The notes: a model not told the origin generated them from the letters alone. A DNA stretch of 64,000 bases from an uncultured delta proteobacterium (GCA_963729715.1 CAVSPA010000006.1:320001-384000); one strand, 5' to 3'. Shown: positions 28,424-40,364, counted from the first letter of the stretch. A program made the numbers and translations.

Positions 28424-31204
28424 ATGGACTATAAAGATACATTGAATCTGCCAAAAACTAGCTTTCCCATGAAGGCTAATCTTTCCCGGAAGGAACCGGA
28501 ATTGCTCAAGATGTGGGAGGATATGAACATCTATGAAAAGACCAGACAGTCCTCGAAGGGACGAAAGAAGTATATCCTTCATGACGGGCCTCCTTATGCA
28601 AACGGGAACATCCATCTCGGTACGGCGCTGAATAAGGTAATTAAGGACATGGTGATTAAATCGAAGAATATGTCCGGTTTCGACAGTGTTTACGTTCCCG
28701 GCTGGGACTGTCACGGTCTTCCCATAGAGCATCAGGTGGAGAAAGAACTGGGGGCAAAAAAGAGTGAGATGTCCCATGCTGATATAAGGAGGTTCTGCAG
28801 GGCGTTTGCAAACAGATATGTGGATATCCAGAGGGAGCAGTTCAAGCGGCTCGGGGTCTTTGGAGAATGGGAGAACCCCTACCTCACCATGTCTTACGAC
28901 TATGAAGCGGCGACTGTTGAGGAATTCGGGAAGCTCTATTTCAGCGGTGACGTCTACAGGGGGAAGAAGCCCGTATACTGGTGCGCTTCCTGCAAGACTG
29001 CCTTGGCGGAGGCTGAAGTCGAATACATGGATCATACGACGCCGTCCATTTATGTAAAATTCGTGATGATCTCGGATATATCTAAGGTCCGGCCGAAACT
29101 GGCCGGAGAAAAAGTCAGCGTCGTAATATGGACGACGACCCCCTGGACCATACCACCTAACCAGGCAATCGCCGTGCATGAGGAGTTCGTCTATGCGGCA
29201 GTCAAAGTGAATGATGAGACTCTGATACTTGCCAAGGATCTTCTGGACTATTGCATGGATGCCTTTGGCTACAAGAGTTACAGGACAATCGACGAATTTC
29301 CGGGATCGGTGCTGGAAGGCTTGAAGGCTAAGCATCCTCTGGTCGACCGCGAGAGCCTCCTGATCCTGGCTCCATTTGTCACCCTTGACGCTGGTACAGG
29401 CTGTGTGCATATCGCACCCGGGCATGGCCAGGAAGATTACGAAATAGGCGTGAAGTACGGTCTCGACAATTACGCCCCCGTTGACGATGACGGCAGATAC
29501 ACTCCGGACGTCAAGGATTTTGCCGGGCAGTTTGTCTTCGATGCCAACGAATCGGTCATTAAGAAATTGGCCGAGGTAGGTGCCCTGCTTGGCCGTGTTG
29601 ACATAGAGCACACCTATCCTCACTGCTGGCGGTGCAAGAATCCCATCATTTTTAGATCCACGGAACAATGGTTCATATCCATGGAGAAGAATAACCTGAG
29701 GCAGAAAACCCTCGAAGCTATCGAAGCCGTAGAGTGGCTGCCGGCGTGGGGTCGTGACAGGATATCCGGAATGATAGGAAATCGTCCCGACTGGTGTATC
29801 TCCCGGCAGAGATTATGGGGGGTGCCCATTACCATGTTTTTCTGCATCCATTGCAAGAGCGACCTCATGACTAAGGACATTATCGGTCACGTCGTGAAGC
29901 TGGTCAATGAATATGGCGCGGATGTGTGGTTTGAGAGAGATACGAAAGACCTGCTGCCTGCCGGAACGGTCTGCCCCGTATGCCAGAGAGACCAATTTGC
30001 AAAGGAGACGGATATACTCGATGTGTGGTTTGATTCCGGTGTGAGTCATGCCGCGGTGCTCGAAAAGCGACCTTACCTCGGCTCCCCGGCGGATATGTAC
30101 CTCGAGGGCAGCGACCAGCACAGGGGGTGGTTCCATTCCTCACTGCTCGAGTCTGTGGGAACGAGGGGACGCGCCCCCTACAGGACAGTGCTGACACACG
30201 GTTTCGTCGTCGACGGCGAGGGAAAGAAGATGTCCAAATCCATGGGCAACGTCGTAGACCCGGAGGAGATCATCGATAAGCATGGCGTTGAGATATTGAG
30301 ACTGTGGGTAGCAGCAGAAGATTATACACAGGACATAAGGATTTCCGGCGAAATCCTTGAACGCCTCGTAGAGGCCTACAGGCGCATTCGCAATACCAGT
30401 CGCTTCATTCTGGGAAATCTGTATGATTTTGACCGAACTAAAATGGTATCGTATCAGGATATGGAAGAAATCGACCGGTGGGCCCTGCACAGGCTCCAGG
30501 AAATTATCGAGCGCGTCAGGGCGGCCTACAATCAGTATCAATTTCATCATGCATTCTTTACTCTTCATAATTTCTGTACTGTTGACCTGAGCGCCCTTTA
30601 TCTGGATGTCCTGAAAGACAGACTCTATACATCCAGGGCGGGATCACGGCAGCGACGATCTGCGCAAAGCGCCATGCTCGTAATCCTTGATGCCATGACA
30701 CGCCTGCTTGCCCCCATACTTTCCTTCACTGCGGAAGAAATATGGCTGTCTTTGCCTCCTCATCAGGGCAAGGAAATGAGCGTTCATCTTACTCAATTCC
30801 CCGAAGTGAATCCGGAATATGTAAATGCGGATCTGGCCCAGAGTTGGAATAAGATGATCGCCGTTAAAGGGGAGATATCGAAGGCAATTGAGACAGCAAG
30901 GAAGAATAAGGTTGTCGGCCACTCCCTCGATGCCGGTGTGGATATCTCAGCATCAGGTGAGCTCCGCACTTTTTTGGAGACGCATCTTGAAGACTTGAAA
31001 GCACTGCTGATCATCTCCCAGATCGGTATTGTAGAAAAGGAGAGCATCAAAAGCCCTTACGTGAGCCCTGAATTTGCGGGTCTGACAATCGGGGTGAGAA
31101 AGACAAGGGGAAAGAAATGTGACCGATGCTGGGTGTACAGCGAGACAGTGGGCGTTAACGATGAACATCCGACTATCTGTGAAAGGTGTGTAGCGAACCT
31201 CTAA
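28424..31204 (+). CDS. ileS: Isoleucine--tRNA ligase (type 1)
   Basis: [13 protein letters not shown] (HIGH-like), [14 protein letters not shown]-terminal C..C zinc motifs. Confidence 0.98.
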   Translation: MDYKDTLNLPKTSFPMKANLSRKEPELLKMWEDMNIYEKTRQSSKGRKKYILHDGPPYANGNIHLGTALNKVIKDMVIKSKNMSGFDSVYVPGWDCHGLPIEHQVEKELGAKKSEMSHADIRRFCRAFANRYVDIQREQFKRLGVFGEWENPYLTMSYDYEAATVEEFGKLYFSGDVYRGKKPVYWCASCKTALAEAEVEYMDHTTPSIYVKFVMISDISKVRPKLAGEKVSVVIWTTTPWTIPPNQAIAVHEEFVYAAVKVNDETLILAKDLLDYCMDAFGYKSYRTIDEFPGSVLEGLKAKHPLVDRESLLILAPFVTLDAGTGCVHIAPGHGQEDYEIGVKYGLDNYAPVDDDGRYTPDVKDFAGQFVFDANESVIKKLAEVGALLGRVDIEHTYPHCWRCKNPIIFRSTEQWFISMEKNNLRQKTLEAIEAVEWLPAWGRDRISGMIGNRPDWCISRQRLWGVPITMFFCIHCKSDLMTKDIIGHVVKLVNEYGADVWFERDTKDLLPAGTVCPVCQRDQFAKETDILDVWFDSGVSHAAVLEKRPYLGSPADMYLEGSDQHRGWFHSSLLESVGTRGRAPYRTVLTHGFVVDGEGKKMSKSMGNVVDPEEIIDKHGVEILRLWVAAEDYTQDIRISGEILERLVEAYRRIRNTSRFILGNLYDFDRTKMVSYQDMEEIDRWALHRLQEIIERVRAAYNQYQFHHAFFTLHNFCTVDLSALYLDVLKDRLYTSRAGSRQRRSAQSAMLVILDAMTRLLAPILSFTAEEIWLSLPPHQGKEMSVHLTQFPEVNPEYVNADLAQSWNKMIAVKGEISKAIETARKNKVVGHSLDAGVDISASGELRTFLETHLEDLKALLIISQIGIVEKESIKSPYVSPEFAGLTIGVRKTRGKKCDRCWVYSETVGVNDEHPTICERCVANL

Positions 31205-31276
31205 GAACTATATCCCCTCTCAGTCTGTTTGTTTTCACGGGGACGTACGCAGAGGGAAGTTTCATGGAGAGATTAT

Positions 31277-31771
31277 TTGAAAAGAAAGTATCTCATTCTC
31301 TCAGCCACAGTAGCGACCGTGGTGCTTCTCGACTTCATCACCAAGGTCTACATCGACTCGCACATGTCCCTTCATGAATCGGTTGTGGTCATAGGGGGGG
31401 TTTTGAACATTACGTACGTCAGGAATCCGGGAGCGGCCTTCAGTTTTCTTGCCAGCACCTCACCGGGTTTTCGGTCCGTCTTCTTCCTCGTGGTAACGGT
31501 CTTGGCCATAATACTCGTTCTCTACTATATCGCTAGGAGCAAGACCGGAGAACCGTTCATGATTTTTGCCCTTTCCCTGATTCTGTCCGGTGCCCTGGGG
31601 AATTTTATCGACAGGGTGCGTCTGGGAGAGGTGATTGATTTCATCGATGTACATTTAAGCGCCTACCACTGGCCAGCCTTTAATGTTGCTGATTCGGCCA
31701 TAACCGTTGGAGCCTTCATTATGCTTTTTGCATTGTTTAAACGCCCAAAGGAGCATGAGAATAGCCCATGA
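31277..31771 (+). CDS. lspA: Lipoprotein signal peptidase II
   Basis: N.GAAFS, GALGN.IDR, VIDFI, FNVADS; TTG start after GGAG (the ORF track starts at 31229). Confidence 0.95.
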   Translation: MKRKYLILSATVATVVLLDFITKVYIDSHMSLHESVVVIGGVLNITYVRNPGAAFSFLASTSPGFRSVFFLVVTVLAIILVLYYIARSKTGEPFMIFALSLILSGALGNFIDRVRLGEVIDFIDVHLSAYHWPAFNVADSAITVGAFIMLFALFKRPKEHENSP

Positions 31772-33120
31772 AGCGGTTTATATCGAAGCTGTTATCTCCC
31801 CAGAGGTTTTTCATCATCAGTTTCGCCTCGCTGATATTTATAGGGGCCGTTCTCCTTTGGCTGCCTTATTCCGCTACAGGCAGACAAATAAATTTTATTG
31901 ACGCCCTCTTCACGTCTGCGTCGGCGGTTTGTGTTACGGGTCTCACCGCATTGGACATCGGCAAGGATCTATCTTTAAGCGGGCAGATTGTGACCCTGTG
32001 TCTCTTTCAGATCGGCGGGCTCGGGATTATTACATTCTCCGTCGTTCTTTTCGGGCTGATGGGGAGAGGCATTTCGTTTAAAGGTAGGGAAATTTTCCAG
32101 TCGGCATTTCTCCATACCCCGCGAAGAGATTTCTTCGTTATCATGAAATGGGTTTTCGGCCTCACCTTTATCATCGAGGCTGCGGGGACGTTTTTATTAT
32201 TTCTCCGGTTTTCACGAGATTTTTCTCCGAGCCGGGCTTTCTATCAGGCTCTGTATCATGCTGTATCCGCCTTCAATAATTGCGGACTCTCTCTCCTTCC
32301 GGACAAATTGGTGCGTTATCAGAATGATCTGATCATAAATCTCACAATCATGGCATTGATTATTTTTGGCGGGATAGGCTTTATCGTTCAGTATGAGGTC
32401 GTTTCCAAGTGGAGGGGATATCAGCAGAAGATTTCCGTACATTCAAGAATAGTTCTCTTAACCACGGCAAGTCTCATCCTCGGTGGCGCCGCATTTTTTT
32501 ATCTGTTTGAGATGAATCATATTCTCAAAGATACACCTGTAAGGACACAGCTTCTGACATCTTTTTTTCAATCGGTCGCTCCCCGTACGGGAGGGTTTAA
32601 TACGATTGACATCGGTCATTTGACAAATCCGACAATCCTTGTCCTTATTATGCTGATGTTCATAGGTGCGTCGCCCGGCTCAACGGGGGGAGGCATTAAG
32701 ACGACGAGTTTCGCACTGCTCCTTCTGATGATCTGGAATCGGCTGAAAGGACAGGAACAGGTGAATGTCTATGACAGGACCATCCCCGGTGAGGTTCTGA
32801 CACGAACTATTGCCATTATCTTCGCTTCGGCCTTTTCGGTTACTCTCATCACGTCCATTCTGCTGTTGTTAGGGGGTGCAGGGGATTTGCCTCCCGCTGA
32901 GGGCCGTCACTTCTTTGTGGAGTATCTTTTTGAAACAGTATCCGCCTTTGGCAATGTGGGGCTGTCCATGGGTATAACTCCAACCCTGAGTACAGGCCAG
33001 AAACTGGCTATCATCCTCACGATGTTTGCGGGGCGCATAGGTCCTCTCACACTCGCTTTTTCCTGGTATTCACCGAGAAAGGGTTTAACATATGCGGAAG
33101 AGTCTGTCATGGTTGGATAA
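31768..33120 (+). CDS. trkH: TrkH/KtrB potassium uptake membrane subunit
   Basis: Pore loops SAVCVTGL, SAFNNCG, RTGGF, SAFGNVGL; STGGGIK. Confidence 0.93.
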   Translation: MKRFISKLLSPQRFFIISFASLIFIGAVLLWLPYSATGRQINFIDALFTSASAVCVTGLTALDIGKDLSLSGQIVTLCLFQIGGLGIITFSVVLFGLMGRGISFKGREIFQSAFLHTPRRDFFVIMKWVFGLTFIIEAAGTFLLFLRFSRDFSPSRAFYQALYHAVSAFNNCGLSLLPDKLVRYQNDLIINLTIMALIIFGGIGFIVQYEVVSKWRGYQQKISVHSRIVLLTTASLILGGAAFFYLFEMNHILKDTPVRTQLLTSFFQSVAPRTGGFNTIDIGHLTNPTILVLIMLMFIGASPGSTGGGIKTTSFALLLLMIWNRLKGQEQVNVYDRTIPGEVLTRTIAIIFASAFSVTLITSILLLLGGAGDLPPAEGRHFFVEYLFETVSAFGNVGLSMGITPTLSTGQKLAIILTMFAGRIGPLTLAFSWYSPRKGLTYAEESVMVG

Positions 33121-33132
33121 GGAGGTTCGGTA

Positions 33133-33792
33133 ATGGCTTCAGTAACGCGGCGCGTGATTGTGGTTGGGCTCGGCATCTTTGGCTCCAATATCGTCAAAGA
33201 ATTATATGAAAATGGATTTGATGTCATTGCCGTAGATAAGGATAAGGAGGCCGTCCATCGTTTAAAAGATTTTGCCAGCAAAGCAATCGTCGCCGACGGT
33301 ACGGACAACGAGGTAATGGATCATATCGGCGTTCAGGAGGATGATGTTGCTATTATCTCCTTCGGTGAAGACCTGGCAGCGAGCACGCTCATAACACTTC
33401 ACCTGAAAAAGATGAAGGTCAAGACCATAATCGTCAAAGCCCCCAACGAAGAGCATAAACTTATTCTCGAAAAGGTTGGTGCAACTGACGTTATCATTCC
33501 TGAAAAGGAAGTTGCCAGCAAAGTTGCCAAGAGTCTGATTTCTCCGAGTGTCCTCGATTGTCTTCCCCTTTCTGAAGGCTATATGATATTTGAAATTGCG
33601 CCGCCTAATAGTTTTTTGGGGAAAAGCATTGGTGAACTTGAGTTGAGGAGCAGATATCACATCGAAGTCATCGCTGTGAAAGACGTGCTGACAGACCAGG
33701 TTCACATGGTGCCGGCCGCCAATTTTGTCCTGAAGGACGGAGAGATACTTGTAGTTATAGCTAAGGAAAAAGATATCCAGAAGATTAAATGA
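33133..33792 (+). CDS. trkA: TrkA/KtrA potassium uptake RCK subunit
   Basis: GLGIFG Rossmann motif, GA..VI.PE, C-terminal TrkA_C. Confidence 0.92.
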   Translation: MASVTRRVIVVGLGIFGSNIVKELYENGFDVIAVDKDKEAVHRLKDFASKAIVADGTDNEVMDHIGVQEDDVAIISFGEDLAASTLITLHLKKMKVKTIIVKAPNEEHKLILEKVGATDVIIPEKEVASKVAKSLISPSVLDCLPLSEGYMIFEIAPPNSFLGKSIGELELRSRYHIEVIAVKDVLTDQVHMVPAANFVLKDGEILVVIAKEKDIQKIK

Positions 33793-33835
33793 CTTACCCT
33801 TTAAGAAGGATGCCGGGTGGGAATGGAGGTTCATT

Positions 33836-34120
33836 ATGAGCGTCATCGTTGATTTTTCCATTTTCCCGATTGGTAAAGAGGAGAGCGTGAGTAAATACGC
33901 AGCACGGGCGGTTAAAATAATTAAGGATAGTGGCCTGCCTTATCACATCGGCCCGATGGGGACATCAATAGAGGGAGAATGGAATGAGGTCATTCTTGTT
34001 GTCACGCGCTGCATGGATGAGCTAAAGAAGGACTGCCCGCGGTTATACATGACCATGAAAGTGGACTGCAGGCAAAGCGAGTCCGGGCGTATGGAAAAAA
34101 AGGTGAAGAAGGTGGAATAA
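33836..34120 (+). CDS. MTH1187/YkoF-like thiamine-binding protein
   Basis: FSIFP, SVS.Y, SGL.Y...PMGT.IEG pattern. Confidence 0.85.
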   Translation: MSVIVDFSIFPIGKEESVSKYAARAVKIIKDSGLPYHIGPMGTSIEGEWNEVILVVTRCMDELKKDCPRLYMTMKVDCRQSESGRMEKKVKKVE

Positions 34121-34176
34121 GATTATTGGAGCTTCACAAAAGGGGTTTCTCGTGGCTCCTCCATTTCTATATTGCC

Positions 34177-36012
34177 TTAACTGACGATTAATGATTCCTC
34201 GGGGCAAGTCATGACCGTGTCATCCTCATTTTTAATCACTTCTGTCGCAAGGAAAGCGTTGGGCAATATATTGCTGACGTAATACCGGGCGCACGCGATC
34301 TTCCCTTTATAGAATGTTGTATCGATTGCATCGGCGGATATGTCATCGAGCTTCTTCTTCGCAATCAGTGCTTGCTCAAGCAGGCACTCGGCAACCTGGA
34401 CCTGGGAGCAGATGAACAGCGCTTTTATCGCATAAAGAGGGATGAGCGACCTTTTTTCACTCATATTGTCATACCAGGAATCATAAGTTGCTTTTACTGC
34501 CTCCAGGCACTGGTAGCCCCTGGCCAAGTTACTCATCTCTTTCTCGAAATCGGGGGCATTCCGGTTAGCGTCAATGAATTTCTTTATGGTTGCCATCCAG
34601 TTTGCAAAAGAAGAGCCTTCTTTCATACGCATCTTCCTCCCCACAAGGTCGTTTCCGTGAATAAAAGAGGTTCCTTCCCAGATCGACAGGATTTTTGAAT
34701 CCCTGAGGTATTGTTCGACCGGATATTCCTGGGTATAGCCAACCCCTCCGAGGATCTGGATTGCCTGGGAAATTATTCCGAGGCAGGCCTCACTGCCGTA
34801 ACATTTCACCATCGGGGTGAGTATTTCTGCCAACTCGCCCAGCTTCCTGGCCTTCTCTTTGTCGCTGGAGTTTGTCTGAATATCGAGATAATAGAATGCC
34901 TTGAATACCATGGCTCTGATGCCTTCGACATGCGCCTTCATATCAAGGAGCATCCTCCTGACATCTTCATGCTTAATGATTGGCACTCGCTCGGCGTTCT
35001 TCACCCCGAACGGTCTTCCCTGGATGCGCTCCGTGGCGAACTGGGATGCGAAATAGTATGCCGCAGCCGCCTGTGTGTTGGCGTTGTGACCAGTGCCTAT
35101 CCTGGATTCATTCATCATGTGAAACATCATCGCCAGACCTTGGGAATGTCCTTTTTCGTCCGGCGGCGGACCGAGGCGGATTCCGTAGCATTCGTCGTCA
35201 TCGCCGAAATTGAGGAGTGCCGTAGCCTGGGCATGGAGTCCCATCTTGTGCTCCAGGCGTGCTGTCCGGACGTCATTGGGTTTGCCAAGGGAGCCATCCG
35301 AGTTCACCCATATCTTGGGAACGATATAAAGTCCGATGCCGGATGATCCGGACGCCCCGGCATCGGGACGCGCCAGCACCATGTGTATGGTGTTTTCACA
35401 GTGGCCGCCGTCCCCGCCCGTGATGAACATCTTCGTTCCCTTGATCTTGTATAGACTGGGATCATTGGTCGGTAATGCCCTCGTCGTAATATCTCCTACG
35501 TCCGATCCGAAGTCCGGTTCGGTCAGGCACATGGTTCCTTGCCATTCACCGGTAAGCATCTTTTGCAAGAACATTGATTCATCCTTTTCTGTGCCAAAGC
35601 GCAGAATCAGATTAGCTGCACCGCTGGTCAGCTTAATGTAGGATGTCAAAGCTGGGCATGCGGCCTGGTTGATCTCAGCGATGGCCTTGTAAAGGATAAG
35701 AGGCATACCCGTGTTAAGCTTTATACATTCGCTGCTTGATCCCCATCCGTTCTGCTGAAGAAACTGGTACGCTTCCTTGAAACCTGGTGAAGGTATCACC
35801 ACACCGTTCTCAAGTTTGGCTCCCGTCTTATCTCCAGCTGTGTTTATGGGGTTCACGATCTCTCGTGCGATCTTGTAAACTTCACTCAAAACGATATCGA
35901 TATCATCAATGCCAAAATTGTTTTTGAACCGGTCGCAGGCAAATACCTCCTCTGAAGCCAGCCATTCCTTCAGAATAAATTTCAAATCTCTCAAATCGTA
36001 CTTGAATTCCAT
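34177..36012 (-). CDS. Acyl-CoA dehydrogenase (long, ~600 aa type)
   Basis: GTMCLTEP..GSD, GTKMFIT, EHKMG, MFHMMNE.R, GGVGY..EYP.EQ.LRD, IWEGT. Confidence 0.92.
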   Translation of the reverse strand: MEFKYDLRDLKFILKEWLASEEVFACDRFKNNFGIDDIDIVLSEVYKIAREIVNPINTAGDKTGAKLENGVVIPSPGFKEAYQFLQQNGWGSSSECIKLNTGMPLILYKAIAEINQAACPALTSYIKLTSGAANLILRFGTEKDESMFLQKMLTGEWQGTMCLTEPDFGSDVGDITTRALPTNDPSLYKIKGTKMFITGGDGGHCENTIHMVLARPDAGASGSSGIGLYIVPKIWVNSDGSLGKPNDVRTARLEHKMGLHAQATALLNFGDDDECYGIRLGPPPDEKGHSQGLAMMFHMMNESRIGTGHNANTQAAAAYYFASQFATERIQGRPFGVKNAERVPIIKHEDVRRMLLDMKAHVEGIRAMVFKAFYYLDIQTNSSDKEKARKLGELAEILTPMVKCYGSEACLGIISQAIQILGGVGYTQEYPVEQYLRDSKILSIWEGTSFIHGNDLVGRKMRMKEGSSFANWMATIKKFIDANRNAPDFEKEMSNLARGYQCLEAVKATYDSWYDNMSEKRSLIPLYAIKALFICSQVQVAECLLEQALIAKKKLDDISADAIDTTFYKGKIACARYYVSNILPNAFLATEVIKNEDDTVMTCPEESLIVS

Positions 36013-36044
36013 TTCTTGCTTCTCCTGTTCGGGCTGTATTTATC

Positions 36045-37202
36045 CTACACCCTATTCGGAGCATAGCCGAGAGCGGCGTTCGCCACGATCATGGTATGCA
36101 TATGGGAAGTTCCCTCGAGAGTTTCAAACTGCTTTGAATCCCGCAGGAAGCGTCCGCAGGGATATTCCTCGGAGTAGCCGTAGGAGCCGTGAAGCTTCAT
36201 GCATTCATTGGCCGCGTGAACGACGATCTTTGCCCCGTAGAGCTTGGACATCGATGTCTCCATCACATTCGGAAGGTTCTTGTCTTTCAACCAGGCCGCT
36301 TTGTACACCAGAGCCGCGAGCGACTCGTGCTCCATCTTCATTTCCGCGATCTGCTGCTGAATCAGCTGGTATCTGCCAATCTGCTTTCCGAACTGCGTTC
36401 TTTCATTTGCATATTTAATGGATTGCTCCAGAATGGCGCCGGAAAGGCCCAGGGCGCCAGCCGAACAACCCAGGCGGGTTGCGTTCAGTTGTGTCATGCA
36501 TATCTGGAATCCCTTGTTCATCTGTCCGAGAACGAGCTCCTTGGGAACCCTGACGTCCTCAAAGGCGATTTCTGCCGTATCGGAAGCCCACAATCCCACC
36601 TTGTCGTGAAGCTTCCGGCGGGTGATGCCAGGCAGGCTGTAATCCATTATGAGGCAGGTGATCCCCTTAGCGCCGGCATCTTTGTCCGTCTTCACATAAA
36701 GGAGACCATGATTGCATATGGTTCCATTGGTTATGAACATCTTGGTGCCGTTTAAGAGAAAATGATCCCCCTTATCCTGCGCGCGGCAGCGCATGCCGGC
36801 AACGTCAGAGCCGATATCGGGCTCCGTCATGGCGAAGCTCCCGATGAATTCGCCATTGACAAACCTGGGTACGTAATGTTCCTTCTGTGCTTGTGTGCCG
36901 AATTTCTGGATTGTCAACGCCGGGCCCCAGCACTGCATATTAAAGGCCATCCGCCAGGAGGTATGGATCTTTGCAACTTGTTCAATTGCCAGGGTCCCCT
37001 CGAGAAATCCCATGCCGTTGCCGCCGTATTTCTCGTCGATACAGAAACCGAAGAAACCCAGTGCCGCCATTTTTTCGAATATCTCCCTGCGCCAGTGCTG
37101 GTTCCTTTCATCTTCCTCCACATACGGCTTGATCTCATTCTCGGCGAAATTCTTTGCCATATCCTGAATCATTTGCTGTTCTTGCGTTTGTGCAAAATCC
37201 AT
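36045..37202 (-). CDS. Acyl-CoA dehydrogenase (resembles non-decarboxylating glutaryl-CoA dehydrogenase clade)
   Basis: FAMTEP..GSD, NGTKMFITN, ER.QFG, GSYGY..EYP, LEGTS. Confidence 0.9.
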   Translation of the reverse strand: MDFAQTQEQQMIQDMAKNFAENEIKPYVEEDERNQHWRREIFEKMAALGFFGFCIDEKYGGNGMGFLEGTLAIEQVAKIHTSWRMAFNMQCWGPALTIQKFGTQAQKEHYVPRFVNGEFIGSFAMTEPDIGSDVAGMRCRAQDKGDHFLLNGTKMFITNGTICNHGLLYVKTDKDAGAKGITCLIMDYSLPGITRRKLHDKVGLWASDTAEIAFEDVRVPKELVLGQMNKGFQICMTQLNATRLGCSAGALGLSGAILEQSIKYANERTQFGKQIGRYQLIQQQIAEMKMEHESLAALVYKAAWLKDKNLPNVMETSMSKLYGAKIVVHAANECMKLHGSYGYSEEYPCGRFLRDSKQFETLEGTSHMHTMIVANAALGYAPNRV

Positions 37203-37220
37203 CTTGTTCTCCTTGCTGAT

Positions 37221-38489
37221 TTATGATTTTCTCTCAACGATCATGCAGATGCCCTGTCCGCCGCCGCCGCAGATGGTCTCAAGCCCGTAACGGACACTAC
37301 GCCTCTTCATTTCATGGAGAAGCGTTGTCAATCTCATCGTGCCGGTTGCGCCTACCGGATGGCCGAGGGAAATGCCCGATCCATTCACATTCACTTTCTC
37401 TTCCATATCTTTTTCACTGAGCCCGCAGAGCCTTGCATCGGCCAAGGCCTGGACTGCAAAGGCCTCCTGCACTTCTATGAGATCTATCTGATCGATCTTC
37501 AAAGCGGCCTTACTGAGAGCCCTGGAAACGGCGACAGGCACCGCCGGATATGTCAATGTCGGATCCGTGGCGGCAATAGCACACGAACGAAAATATGCCA
37601 TCGGTTTGATACCGAGTTCTGTTGCTTTTCTTTCCGATGCGAGGACAACGACGGAGGCGCCGTCATTCTCTGAAGAGGAATTACCGGCAGTACACACCCC
37701 GTCCGGATAAACGGGCCGGAGCTTGGCAAGCTTTTCCATTGTCGTTTTGCGACGCGGTCCCTCATCTGTATTAAAAAAGATCATGTCCCCGTCTTTCCCC
37801 TTTCCGACAGGAACGGGGACTATCTCATTCGCGAATTTCCCGGCATCCCATGCCGCAATGGCTCTCTTGTGGCTGCGATACGCCCACTTGTCCGCCTCTT
37901 CACGGGTTATTTTTTCCCTCTTGGCCGCCATCTCCGCCCAGGACATCATCGAGTTCAACTCTCCGTAACGGTGGATGGGCTGAGACATCACCCTCCCACG
38001 CTGAAGCCTGTCATAGAGAGGTATCCCCCACATGGCGAGGGCGCCGTGACCTCTGGGCATGAAACCGTACTTTTCATGGCTCTTACCACCGAGACCCCAC
38101 TTGATATCACCCGGTATATAAAGTTCCGCCTGGCTCATGCTGTCCATACCGCCGGCGACGATGATTTCTGCATTTCCCGTTTGAATCTGTAAAGCACCAT
38201 AAAAGATTGATTCCAACCCAGAGCAGCAGCGACGGTCGATCACGACGCCCGGCACAGTATCCGGCCAGCCCGCATCAAGAACGGCCATCCGGGCGCCGTT
38301 GGCGCACTCTCCGTTCTGGTAGGATGTTCCCATGATCACATCATCAACCGCAGAGGCTTCGATGCCAACCCTCTTGACGACCTCGTTTAAGACTAGGCTT
38401 CCCAGCCTATAGACCGGGATATCTTTCATGGCTCCGCCGTAAGCGCCTATCGGTGTGCGGACACAGCTCAGAATAACTACATCTTCCAT
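37221..38489 (-). CDS. Thiolase (acetyl-CoA C-acyltransferase)
   Basis: RTPIG, RRCCSG, TAGNSS..NDGA, QEAFA, GHPVGATG, CGGGG. Confidence 0.93.
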   Translation of the reverse strand: MEDVVILSCVRTPIGAYGGAMKDIPVYRLGSLVLNEVVKRVGIEASAVDDVIMGTSYQNGECANGARMAVLDAGWPDTVPGVVIDRRCCSGLESIFYGALQIQTGNAEIIVAGGMDSMSQAELYIPGDIKWGLGGKSHEKYGFMPRGHGALAMWGIPLYDRLQRGRVMSQPIHRYGELNSMMSWAEMAAKREKITREEADKWAYRSHKRAIAAWDAGKFANEIVPVPVGKGKDGDMIFFNTDEGPRRKTTMEKLAKLRPVYPDGVCTAGNSSSENDGASVVVLASERKATELGIKPMAYFRSCAIAATDPTLTYPAVPVAVSRALSKAALKIDQIDLIEVQEAFAVQALADARLCGLSEKDMEEKVNVNGSGISLGHPVGATGTMRLTTLLHEMKRRSVRYGLETICGGGGQGICMIVERKS

Positions 38490-38542
38490 TTTTTTATTGC
38501 CTCGTATTTTTAGCGCCTCTCAGAAGTGAATATCCGTTCCGA

Positions 38543-40186
38543 TTATCTTCCATACAACTTCCTTAACTCCACCTTATTGATCTTCCCTACGCTGGTTCGT
38601 GGAATGGCGTCGACAAACTCATAGCGGTCGGGAATGCCGTATTTCGGGAGTTTGCCTTGCTCGGACATCTTCTTCACGTAATCCTTCATGTCTTCGCCCG
38701 TTACCTTGCTTTTGAATTCCGTTCTCAGGGTGAGAATCACAAGGGGTCTTTCCCCCCACTTGGAATCCGGTACGCCGATTACGGCGGCCTCGGAAACAGC
38801 GGGATGCATGCTGACCAGGTTCTCGAGGTCGATGGAAGAAACCCACTCTCCTCCGGTCTTGATGACGTCTTTCAGCCGGTCTGTGATCTGGACATATCCC
38901 TGGTTATCTATGTATGCCACATCACCGCTGTGGAGCCAGCCGTCCCTCCAGAGGTCTTTTGATTTCTCAGGGTCCTTGTAATAGGATGCTGTGAGCCACG
39001 GAGCTCTCATCACCAGTTCCCCGGTACTTCTACCATCGCAGGGCAGGGCTTTTCCGCTTGCATCAACGACCTGTACCTCAACCAGAGGTGCGGGGAGACC
39101 GGTCTTGACGAAGATATCAAGTTTCTTTTCTTCGTCCAGATTCAACATTGTGCTTTTGAGGCTGGCGCCCGAGATGAGGGGACAGGTCTCGGACATACCG
39201 TAGGCGGAATAGATCTGTATCCCGAGTTCCATGGCGGCCATCGCCAATGACTTGGGCAGGGCTGCGCCGCCGATGACCACCTTCCATTTCGAGAGGTCCA
39301 ATTTTTTCGCGATCGGGTTTGTGACGAGCATATGTATTATGGTAGGAATGCAGTGAGAGAAAGTGACTTTCTCACCGAGGATAAGTTTCAACAGGACCTC
39401 CGGTTCATAGCGCCCCGGATAAACCTGTTTCACGCCCAGCATGGTAGCCAGATAAGGAACGCCCCAGGCATGGACATGAAACATCGGCGTGAGTGGCATG
39501 TAGACGTCGTTTGATCTGAACCGTCCCGTCGTCTCGTAGCTGCCCACATTCACACCCATTGCCAGGGTATGCAAAACAAGCTGGCGATGGGTGAAATGCA
39601 CGCCTTTGGGATCGCCGGTAGTTCCCGTTGTGTAGAAAATCGACGCCCGCGTATTCTCATCGAGATCGGCAAAATCGTAGGATGCGGGCGCCGCCTTCAG
39701 CATCTCCTCGTATTCTGCATCGATCCCGGCCTTTGTGTCCTTCCTTACGTCATCCAAAATAAGAATGACTTTCTTTACCGTTTTGAGGTGACCTTGAATC
39801 GCTTCGAGAAGCGGAAGAAAATCCTGATTGACGAGGATGACCGAGTCCTCGGCATGGTTGATCGTGTAAGCAAGTTGCGCGGGAGAGAGCCGCCAGTTGA
39901 GGGTATGTATGACTGCACCCATCATCGGAACGGCAAAGAAGCATTCCAGGTATCGGTGGCTGTCAAAATCCAATACGCCTACGACATCGCCCTTTCCCAC
40001 CCCCAGGGCGGTAAGACCGTTGGCCAGTCTATGAACCCGCTCGTGCATGTCTTGATAGCGATACCGGACCTTATCCCTATAGACAATCTCCTGATTCTGT
40101 CCGTAGATGATGCCCGTAGCCAGAATTTTCTTGATGATGAGAGGATAATCGTAGCTTTCTCCTGCTTTGTAAATCTTCGCCTCCAT
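38543..40186 (-). CDS. Fatty acid--CoA ligase (AMP-forming)
   Basis: YTTGTTGDPKG, PMFHVHAWG, YGMSET, SGD, DRLKDVIKTGGEW, SVGK. Confidence 0.92.
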   Translation of the reverse strand: MEAKIYKAGESYDYPLIIKKILATGIIYGQNQEIVYRDKVRYRYQDMHERVHRLANGLTALGVGKGDVVGVLDFDSHRYLECFFAVPMMGAVIHTLNWRLSPAQLAYTINHAEDSVILVNQDFLPLLEAIQGHLKTVKKVILILDDVRKDTKAGIDAEYEEMLKAAPASYDFADLDENTRASIFYTTGTTGDPKGVHFTHRQLVLHTLAMGVNVGSYETTGRFRSNDVYMPLTPMFHVHAWGVPYLATMLGVKQVYPGRYEPEVLLKLILGEKVTFSHCIPTIIHMLVTNPIAKKLDLSKWKVVIGGAALPKSLAMAAMELGIQIYSAYGMSETCPLISGASLKSTMLNLDEEKKLDIFVKTGLPAPLVEVQVVDASGKALPCDGRSTGELVMRAPWLTASYYKDPEKSKDLWRDGWLHSGDVAYIDNQGYVQITDRLKDVIKTGGEWVSSIDLENLVSMHPAVSEAAVIGVPDSKWGERPLVILTLRTEFKSKVTGEDMKDYVKKMSEQGKLPKYGIPDRYEFVDAIPRTSVGKINKVELRKLYGR

Positions 40187-40364
40187 AGTATCCCTCCTTT
40201 TAATTTTGATAAGGTTCCTTTATGGGTCTGATTCTACAAGTTATGCCGGACCGGATTGCTGCAATGGTTTACTATTTTTTGTCACAGCGGGATCAGATAG
40301 AGAATGATTCCTGTACCATTTTCAAGAGCGACTTGTCAGCTATTCACATTTGCCAAAACAGGCA

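Noticed and set aside
28400..29668. 422-aa minus-strand ORF
   Set aside because: Antisense shadow of ileS.
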